From Candidatus Methylarchaceae archaeon HK02M2 (GTDB lineage: Archaea > Thermoproteota > Nitrososphaeria > Nitrososphaerales > JACAEJ01): 64,000 nt of DNA. Location: assembly GCA_024256165.1 (NCBI GenBank), contig JAKLZG010000091.1, forward strand, positions 8,045 to 72,044. Direction: 5' to 3'. Of the stretch, positions 57,017-64,000 are shown piece after piece. Both the position numbers and the translations under genes were made by a program. Under the pieces are notes generated by a model that was not told where the DNA came from, did no database searches, and saw only the letters and a list, made by a program, of their open reading frames with translations. Each line of letters opens with the position of its first letter. Within the stretch, counting starts at the first letter, position 1.

Positions 57017-57456
57017 CTTTAACCTCTAGAGATATAATTATCCTTTAATATATTTGCTTTAAAAGGGTTAATCCATATTGGGATAAAAAATATTTTTTTA
57101 TCATCCCTGTCAACGCTGAGCGCCTTTGCAGTCTTTAGTTTACAATGTAGCCTTGAATATTATAATCTCTCTCTATATGTATCAATTCCATTTAACAGAG
57201 ATTGTTATTAGTTAATATAAGAGAATGTAATTTTTCAGGGAATGTATATTGATCCACATCTTTTTACTTACTTTAGAGACTTAGAAGAGTATTTTACTCA
57301 ATTACACTTGGGAGAGTATATTACACTCTATTTGATTACAAGCTGTTTTTTTGTATATATTGTGGAATTAGCATGATGAATGTAAATATTCATTTTAAAA
57401 TTATTAATAGAAGAATGAATTCAGAAACTAATAAAGTAATATGGTGCGAGTAATCC

Positions 57457-58287
57457 ATGCAAAATAGAAGTAAGGCGATGAATGAACAGGAGCGTCGTAT
57501 AAATGCTTGGATGGCTAAGATCAAGCATAAGATAGTTGTGCTTAGCGGTAAGGGTGGAGTTGGAAAAAGTACTGTAGCCACTAACTTGGCGGTCGCTTTG
57601 GCATGGAAAGGTCGATCAAATCTGGTAGGTATTCTAGATGCAGACATCACAGGACCTAGTATACCAAAGATGATTGGAGCGAGAAAGCAACAGTTAGAAG
57701 CCGGTCCACCGGGAATCTTCCCTGCAACAGGGCCACTAGGAATAAAGATCATATCAATGGACTTTTTCCTTCAAGCTGATGAAACACCAGTAATATGGCG
57801 TGGTCCATTGAAGTCTGTAGCCATAAGGCAGTTTCTAGCTGATGTGGTTTGGGGTGAACTTGATTTCCTCCTTATAGATCTTCCACCTGGAACCGGTGAT
57901 GAAGCACTTAGCATAATGCAAATTATACCAAATATAGACGGTGTCATTATAGTCACTATCCCCTCAGAGGTTTCTCAGATTGTTGTCAAAAAGGCAGTTA
58001 CTTTCACCCAGAAATTGAATGCGCCGATAATTGGAATCCTAGAAAATATGAGTGGTTTTGTCTGCCCAAAGTGTGGTGCTGAAACGGACATCTTTAGAGT
58101 AGGTGGAGGTCAGAAGATATCAGATGACCTTAACGTTCCTTTTCTCGGGAGAATTCCAATCGATCCACGAATATGTGAAGACTCTGATCAAGGTTCTCCT
58201 TTTATTACTAAGCATTCAGATTCTCCAGCCGCCAAAGAATTTATGAAGATCGTAGATAAAATTGAAGACTTCCTTAAGAAAGAATGA
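57457..58287 (+). CDS. apbC: Mrp/NBP35/ApbC-family Fe-S cluster carrier ATPase
   Basis: VLSGKGGVGKSTVATNLA deviant Walker A, and the CPKCG cluster-ligand motif. Confidence 0.9.
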   Translation: MQNRSKAMNEQERRINAWMAKIKHKIVVLSGKGGVGKSTVATNLAVALAWKGRSNLVGILDADITGPSIPKMIGARKQQLEAGPPGIFPATGPLGIKIISMDFFLQADETPVIWRGPLKSVAIRQFLADVVWGELDFLLIDLPPGTGDEALSIMQIIPNIDGVIIVTIPSEVSQIVVKKAVTFTQKLNAPIIGILENMSGFVCPKCGAETDIFRVGGGQKISDDLNVPFLGRIPIDPRICEDSDQGSPFITKHSDSPAAKEFMKIVDKIEDFLKKE

Positions 58288-58400
58288 ACAGACTAATTTG
58301 AGAGATATTTAGAAATTAAACAGAGATATTTTATCTTTGCGTCATTCTAAGATGATCGACATTTCTTCATTATAACAAAAATGAAATCGAACTTTATTGT

Positions 58401-59672
58401 TTAATTTCGCATCTTTAGAAGTTTATATAAAATTATACCTCCTATAACTAGAAGAGAGCCTGATAAAATTATAGATATACTAAATTGAAGAATCATTAGA
58501 AAACATGATAGAAGACCCAGGAAAGCAGTTACTGAAAATCTACCTATGTTTAAAGGAGCCTTAAAAGATCTCTTCAACTCGGATTCACTATATCTTAAGT
58601 GAATCAACGAAATGTTAACAAATGCGAAAGTAATAAAGGCCCCAAAACTCGTTAAGCTAGCCACAAACTCTAGGTTCCCAAAGAAAACAAAAATTATAGA
58701 AGAGATCATTATGAAGAGAACTGCCAGCGAAGGTGTACCTCTTTTAGAGTTGATCTTTGAGAGAACCATTGGTAAAGCACCCTCCCTAGCCATACCATAG
58801 ATCATTCTAGAACCCACAACTAACATAATTAAAACCGTATTGCTCGTAGCAAATAAGGCTATTAAAGATATGATAGTAAAAGCATTTTCACCTAGAGCCC
58901 GGGAAGCTGCGAAGGCAAGAGGCGAATTGGAACTTCCAAGATCTATCCAGGATGCTAAGCTTACTACAGCTGAGGCCACAAATACGTATAGACACGTTGT
59001 TATTAGTATTGAAAAAATTAACGCTTTTGGAATAATTTTTTTTGGATTTCTGGTCTCTTCAGCTATATTAACAATATCTTCAAAGCCTAGATAGGCAAAG
59101 AATATCAGAGCCGAAGCAGATAGGACTCCAGATAAACCATTAGGCGCTTCGAGAAGATATACTTTACCTAAACTTCCTATGCCTATCACGATAATGAGGA
59201 TTAACCCAAATATCTCCACCAAAGTGAAAAAAATATTTATTTTTGTTGACTCTTTTATCCCTAAGTAGTTGATGTACGATAATAATAGTATTAGAATTAT
59301 AGCGATTGGGATTATGGGGAGACTGAAAAGGCCTTGAAAATAGCCAGCGAAGCCTAGAGCCACAGTCGACACAGATATTATACCAGTCAAAATTACTAAC
59401 CAGCCGATTATAAAGGCCAAGATTTCGGACTTGCAAGCAAATCTGACGTAGACGTACTCTGCGGCTTCCTTCGGAAACATTGATGAAAGCTCGGCATAAC
59501 TCAGGCCTGTTAGAGAGGCAATTGCTGCACCCAATACAAATGAAAGCCAAACAGAATTTCCTGCTATGCCAGCTGCCTCACCTACCAATACATAAACTCC
59601 TGCTCCCAGAATTATCCCTACACCCCACATAGTTACTTCGAAGAGCCCGATCTCCCTTCTCAAAGAAATCAC
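58401..59672 (-). CDS. APC-superfamily amino acid permease
   Basis: 423 aa with ~12 TM helices. N-terminal GVGIILGAGVYVLVGEAA is typical of APC transporters. Confidence 0.8.
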   Translation of the reverse strand: MISLRREIGLFEVTMWGVGIILGAGVYVLVGEAAGIAGNSVWLSFVLGAAIASLTGLSYAELSSMFPKEAAEYVYVRFACKSEILAFIIGWLVILTGIISVSTVALGFAGYFQGLFSLPIIPIAIILILLLSYINYLGIKESTKINIFFTLVEIFGLILIIVIGIGSLGKVYLLEAPNGLSGVLSASALIFFAYLGFEDIVNIAEETRNPKKIIPKALIFSILITTCLYVFVASAVVSLASWIDLGSSNSPLAFAASRALGENAFTIISLIALFATSNTVLIMLVVGSRMIYGMAREGALPMVLSKINSKRGTPSLAVLFIMISSIIFVFFGNLEFVASLTSFGAFITFAFVNISLIHLRYSESELKRSFKAPLNIGRFSVTAFLGLLSCFLMILQFSISIILSGSLLVIGGIILYKLLKMRN

Positions 59673-59818
59673 ATAATCTGGGTCAAGAACAGAGTTTATA
59701 TATAAACTATCTAATATGGAAAACGTTTTTAGAAATAAAATCTTTAGCTTGAACTATCCATTTGAATATATATTATCTAGAATTAAAGATCAAGAAAGTG
59801 GAAAATTTAGATTTGAGA

Positions 59819-59987
59819 ATGGGTTCCTTCGACAACCACAATGCTTGTATTTGGTCTAACTTTCCCAATATTGTTCGATAAGCCTAAATTGGGAGCTCCG
59901 CTTGTTATGCTCTCATTCTTGATAGGATTTTCAGTTGTGTATTTGGGATTTCATTTTCCAGGAGACGTTATAGCAAAAGGATACTGA
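59819..59987 (+). pseudogene. remnant of a PAP2-family phosphatase gene (3' end only, frame-broken)
   Basis: The second frame ends ...FSVVYLGFHFPGDVIAKGY*, matching the PAP2 C3 motif (yLGvHyPsDVlaG). An overlapping other frame reads MGSFDNHNAC (a decayed SFPSGH?). There is no room for the N-terminal two-thirds of the protein. Confidence 0.4.
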
Positions 59988-60144
59988 TCTAGAATCTTAC
60001 TTTATAAAGAGATAGAGTTTACTAATATATCTCTGAATGTTTAGATATATTAGTAAACTCAAGTCTCATAATTTAGCATAAATCATTTAAATCTACTAGG
60101 ATAGTTATTAGAAGTATAATTTCATTCACTTAAAAATACAAAGA

Positions 60145-60233
60145 TAGCCCGGGCCAGATTCGAACTGGCGTCAGCGGGTAACTTCAGACAATCTTCCAAA
60201 GCCCGCTATGCTTGACCGCTACACCACCGGGCT
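60145..60233 (-). tRNA. tRNA-Gln (anticodon TTG) with canonical 16-nt intron at 37/38
   Basis: Acceptor AGCCCGG/CCGGGCT (A1:U72). Anticodon stem GCGGG/CCCGC with loop CTTTGG|A split by aagattgtctgaagtt (60180-60195). Clean BHB: central helix CTTT/GAAG flanked by 3-nt bulges GG|A and TT|A. T-arm GCCAG-TTCGAAT-CTGGC. Confidence 0.85.
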
Positions 60234-60804
60234 AAATTATAAGATTAATAGATCAGTTTATTCGGTTCATTTAAACTTTGACTATAGAAAGTATCTTTGT
60301 CATTTGGATTTTCTATACAGTTGATAATGACAATTAGAACATAGCTATCTAAATTAATTTGGCTTTGGATCATAGTTTCTTGTATACAGAGATGGAAAAG
60401 TTTTGCGATATTATTTTGATAGGATACAGGTCTCACAACTATTATTTAATGCATTTTGAAACTCAAATATCAAAGCATCATGAGAGGAAAGGTTTTTTCT
60501 TGCTGATTACATGATAAAAACGGGTATTATTGGACTTTGTCGTGGGTTAAGCAAACATTTTAAAATTTCTTTATATCGATTAAGTTGGAAAGAAGTGAAG
60601 ATCGTCAGGTATGCATTTTATAACATCGCTAAAAAAGTATGTAACTGATTTTAAATTAAATTATAAAGTGCATACATTTGTCTAAAGTTTAAAAAAGCAG
60701 TAATATTCTAAGGAGAGTTAGGGGCTTATAGAGAAGATTGCTAAAAATCTATAGAAGATCTAATCATGAACACCTTTAAAGCAAGATAGAAAAAGTGTAG
60801 TCTC

Positions 60805-61986
60805 ATGAGTAATCAATTATATATTATTACAGTCCAAGGCTTAGATAGACCTGGGCTTGTAGCTGGAATTTCAGAAATCTTAGCAGATGCAAATATTAAT
60901 ATCGTGGATATAGATCAAACAGTAATTAGAAAACTCTTTGCTATGTTTATAATATCAGATTTTACAAACTCTACTCAAACTGTAAATAAAATAAAAGAAA
61001 AACTCATTAAAAAAGGCAGAGAACTAAAAGTGAAGATATCTGTTGAACCTTACATATTAGATGAAGGTCTAAGGAGAAAAGAAGAGAGGAAATTGATATT
61101 ATTAACAATAATAGGTAAAGATAGACCAGGGATAGTAGCTAAATTTTCCAATATATGTGCAGAAAACGGTGTCAATATCGAAAGGGCGAAGATGATGGCA
61201 AGGGGTGATACGATCGCTATGGAACTACTTTTAAATACAGAGAATCTGTCAATAGATTTCAATAATTTAAAAAATTTACTTCATGAAGTAAGCCTAGGGC
61301 TAGGCTTGAGTGCTATAATTCAAAGACAAGATGTTTTTCGAAAAGCGAAAAAACTTGTTGTCTGTGATTTAGATTCTACTTTCATCCAGCAGGAAATAAT
61401 CGATGAAATTAGTGCTATAGCGGGAGTTGGGAAAAAGGTCAAATCAATAACAAGAAGAGCTATGGAAGGAGAGATAGATTATACTAAAGCTCTGAAGGAA
61501 AGAGTTGGGCTCTTAAAAGGTCTGGAAGTTTCTATTTTAGATGAAATTCTAAATAATATCTCATTTAGTAGTGGGGTCGAGGATCTTCTGCTGATTTTGA
61601 AAGAGCTTGGTTGTAAAATAGCGATTATAACAGGAAGTTTTTCTTATTTCACAGATAAAATCAAGGAAAAATTCGATATAGATTATGTGTTTGCTAATGA
61701 ACTAATAATTGAAAATGGCAAACTCACAGGAGAAGTCAAGGAGCCGATAATCGATGCTGAGATGAAGAGAAAATCAATACAAAAACTTATAGAAAAAGAA
61801 GGAATCAAAAGAGAAGAGGTTATCGCCATAGGAGATGGGGCGAATGATAGATTTATGCTCATGGAAGCTGGTTTGGGCATTGCCTTCGATGCTAAGGCAA
61901 TCTTGAGAAAAATTGCAGACGGTGTTATAAAGAAGGACAATTTAAGTGGTTTGATCTATTGTTTGAGTGAATTTAAAGACTATTAA
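60805..61986 (+). CDS. serB: phosphoserine phosphatase with two N-terminal ACT domains
   Basis: Two ACT-like repeats (GLDRPGLVAGISEILA..., GKDRPGIVAKFSNICA...), then the HAD motifs VCDLDST ... GDGANDRFML. Confidence 0.85.
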   Translation: MSNQLYIITVQGLDRPGLVAGISEILADANINIVDIDQTVIRKLFAMFIISDFTNSTQTVNKIKEKLIKKGRELKVKISVEPYILDEGLRRKEERKLILLTIIGKDRPGIVAKFSNICAENGVNIERAKMMARGDTIAMELLLNTENLSIDFNNLKNLLHEVSLGLGLSAIIQRQDVFRKAKKLVVCDLDSTFIQQEIIDEISAIAGVGKKVKSITRRAMEGEIDYTKALKERVGLLKGLEVSILDEILNNISFSSGVEDLLLILKELGCKIAIITGSFSYFTDKIKEKFDIDYVFANELIIENGKLTGEVKEPIIDAEMKRKSIQKLIEKEGIKREEVIAIGDGANDRFMLMEAGLGIAFDAKAILRKIADGVIKKDNLSGLIYCLSEFKDY

Positions 61987-61997
61987 TCTTTATTTTT

Positions 61998-64000
61998 TCA
62001 AATTTTAGTACTCGTTTTGATCTTGGCTTGAGCAGCAGCGAATCTCGCTACAGGTACCCTAAAGGGAGAGCAGCTCACATAATTTAAACCAATTTCATGG
62101 CAGAACTCAATAGATGCTGGGTCTCCTCCATGTTCTCCGCAGATTCCTATTTTGATATTATTTCTAATCTTTTTTCCTAGATCTACACAAATCTTCATTA
62201 ACTTACCTAAACCTATACGATCTATTGTCTCAAATGGATTGGCCTCTAAGATATTCTCGTTAAGATAATTGTACAAGAACTTAGCTTCAGCATCATCCCT
62301 ACTATAACCAAAAACTGTCTGAGTCAGATCATTGGTACCAAATGAGAAAAACTGTGCGTATTTAGCTATCTCATCAGCTGTTAAAGCTGCTCTTGGTACT
62401 TCGATCATGGTTCCTATCAAATAATTCATCTTAATTCCAGCCTCTTCTAATACCTTATCTGCTATTTGTTGTATCTTTTCCCTTAGGAACTTTATCTCAC
62501 TTGCTTTGCCTACTAAAGGTAACATTATCTCTAATTTTGCACCTAAACCGTCTTTGGCGAGTTCGATAGCGGCTTCGAATATCGCTCGTGTTTGCATTTC
62601 GTAAATTTCGGGATAGCGTATGCCCAACCTGCAACCACGATGGCCGAGCATCGGGTTATGTTCATTTAGAGTCTGAACCTTCTTAAGAATCTTTGTTTTC
62701 TCAGCAAGGGTTTTCTCATCTGTTCCTAAAAGCCTTAACTCCGTCGTTTCAACAAGTAGGTCCTCTAATTTAGGTAAAAATTCATGTAACGGAAGATCTA
62801 GCAGCCTGATCGTCACAGGAAGATTATTCATAATCTTGAAGATTTCCTTAAAGTCGCTCTTCTGCATAGGTAATAGCTTATTTAAAACATTCTTCCTTTC
62901 TTCTTCTGTAGTAGCCATTATCATTTCTTGCACAATTGGTAGGCGATCTTGAGCATTGAACATCCGCTCTGTACGACATAGACCTATCCCTTCTGCTCCG
63001 AACATTCTTGCCCTCTCTGCACCTTCTGGTGTATCTGCATTGGTTCTAACGCCTAAAGTTCGGATTTCATCTGCCCAATTTAACAGTTCTTGCAACTCGG
63101 AGCTCAACTCTGGTTCTAAGGTGGGTACCTCTCCCCTAATTACATACCCTCTGGAACCATCAATAGTGAGGACATCCTCTTTCTTGATCGTTATACCACC
63201 TACATTAAATTTTTTAGCATCAAGGTCTATCTTTACATCACCAGCCCCTGAGACACAAGGTTTTCCCATGCCCCTTGCTACTACAGCAGCATGGCTCGTC
63301 ATTCCACCTCTGCTGGTCAAGATACCTTGCGCTGCGACCATGCCATGAATATCTTCAGGAGTAGTTTCTGCTCTAACTAAAATGACTTTCTCTCCAGAAC
63401 TCCCACGTTTGTCTGCTTCATTTACATCGAAGATAACGACCCCAGAGGCAGCTCCAGGAGATGCTGGGAGCCCCTTGGCTATAATTTCTATATTAGCATT
63501 AGGGTCTATTCGCCTATGTAATAATTGTTCAATCTGGTTGGGCCTTATCCTGATTATTGCCTCCTCATTGCTGATTAACCCTTCCTTAACCATATCTACT
63601 GCAATCTTAACTGCTGCTTGAGCTGTGCGTTTTCCAGACCTTGTCTGTAACATGTAGAATTTTCCGTTCTCTATCGTAAACTCGATATCTTGTAAATCCC
63701 TATAATGTTTTTCTAAGAGATAACAAGTTCGTTCTAATTCCTCATATATCTTTGGTGCTTCTTCCCTCATCTCTTCTATCGACTTGGGTGTGCGTATTCC
63801 AGCTACTACATCTTCACCTTGAGCATTCATAAGGTACTCTCCGTATAGCTTATTTTCACCAGTTGAAGGGTTGCGAGTAAAGGCTACGCCGGTACCTGAA
63901 CTTGGACCTCTGTTTCCAAATACCATCGCTTGAATATTGACAGCTGTACCTATGTCGTTCGAGATTTTATTGATTTCACGGTATTTTTTGGCCCTTGGAG
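61998..64000 (-). CDS. ppdK: pyruvate, phosphate dikinase (C-terminal ~2/3; gene continues past the 3' window edge)
   Basis: GGMTSHAAVVARGMG (phosphohistidine swivel), and ...FFSFGTNDLTQ... and CGEHGGDP in the PEP-utiliser TIM barrel. The reading frame stays open to nt 64000. Confidence 0.9.
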   Translation of the reverse strand, partial: PRAKKYREINKISNDIGTAVNIQAMVFGNRGPSSGTGVAFTRNPSTGENKLYGEYLMNAQGEDVVAGIRTPKSIEEMREEAPKIYEELERTCYLLEKHYRDLQDIEFTIENGKFYMLQTRSGKRTAQAAVKIAVDMVKEGLISNEEAIIRIRPNQIEQLLHRRIDPNANIEIIAKGLPASPGAASGVVIFDVNEADKRGSSGEKVILVRAETTPEDIHGMVAAQGILTSRGGMTSHAAVVARGMGKPCVSGAGDVKIDLDAKKFNVGGITIKKEDVLTIDGSRGYVIRGEVPTLEPELSSELQELLNWADEIRTLGVRTNADTPEGAERARMFGAEGIGLCRTERMFNAQDRLPIVQEMIMATTEEERKNVLNKLLPMQKSDFKEIFKIMNNLPVTIRLLDLPLHEFLPKLEDLLVETTELRLLGTDEKTLAEKTKILKKVQTLNEHNPMLGHRGCRLGIRYPEIYEMQTRAIFEAAIELAKDGLGAKLEIMLPLVGKASEIKFLREKIQQIADKVLEEAGIKMNYLIGTMIEVPRAALTADEIAKYAQFFSFGTNDLTQTVFGYSRDDAEAKFLYNYLNENILEANPFETIDRIGLGKLMKICVDLGKKIRNNIKIGICGEHGGDPASIEFCHEIGLNYVSCSPFRVPVARFAAAQAKIKTSTKI

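Noticed and set aside
57365-57440. Possible C/D-box sRNA (gcATGATGAatg ... ttCAGAaac) upstream of apbC. A similar TTGATGA occurs at ~46341.
   Set aside because: Only a C-box-like heptamer is present. There is no proper CUGA D box at the right spacing, no C'/D' pair, and no terminal helix.
57390-57752. 120-aa minus-strand ORF, plus similar antisense ORFs at 59164-59550, 62956-63348, 25277-25702 and 25895-26287.
   Set aside because: All lie antisense to confidently identified genes (apbC, APC permease, ppdK, ABC permease) and carry no recognisable motifs.
1-64000. Searched by eye for CRISPR arrays, rRNA genes, transposases or integrases, and long inverted or direct repeats.
   Set aside because: None were found. 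The only exact repeat noticed is the 59-nt pstC/pstA block. A computational repeat search could still find shorter or diverged repeats that I missed.

Overview
This is an AT-rich archaeal chromosomal segment, roughly one-third GC by hand-sampled 60-nt stretches. It is densely coded, with about 70 protein genes and 4 tRNA genes. I found no rRNA, CRISPR array, transposase or integrase. All calls come from motif recognition by eye on the supplied ORF track; no database search was possible.

Most of the window is housekeeping:
- The archaeal proteasome/exosome superoperon: psmA, sdo1, rrp4, rrp41, rrp42, rpl37ae, pcc1.
- grpE-dnaK-dnaJ, and a pstSCAB phosphate transporter.
- PEP carboxykinase (GTP) and pyruvate phosphate dikinase.
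- The AcnX (DUF521/DUF126) plus UbiD trio of the archaeal-type mevalonate pathway.
- ArcTGT, TiaS, archease, Fap7, a short XPF and an Hjc-like nuclease.
- A solitary MtrH-like methyltransferase and ribosomal protein L38e.

L38e, the helicase-less XPF, and three of four tRNAs carrying short introns (two at non-canonical positions) point loosely to a TACK/Asgard-like lineage.

The best candidate for an undescribed system is a translationally coupled, enlarged NurA-like/HerA-like pair at 6720-10452. It has no Mre11/Rad50 partner in the window. It is followed on the same strand by a tiny membrane ORF and an AT-rich 234-aa orphan, and sits divergent from LemA/DUF2207.

Other points worth a second look:
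- A PAC4-like small protein at the tail of the proteasome/exosome superoperon.
- Three genes whose conserved N-termini lack a canonical start but have a Shine-Dalgarno-like box followed by an in-frame ATT.
- An A9-run -1 frame break in fap7.
- A 59-nt identical block shared by pstC and pstA.
- A GC-rich intergenic patch upstream of pstS.
- A UDP-sugar-dehydrogenase-like protein with degenerate motifs.
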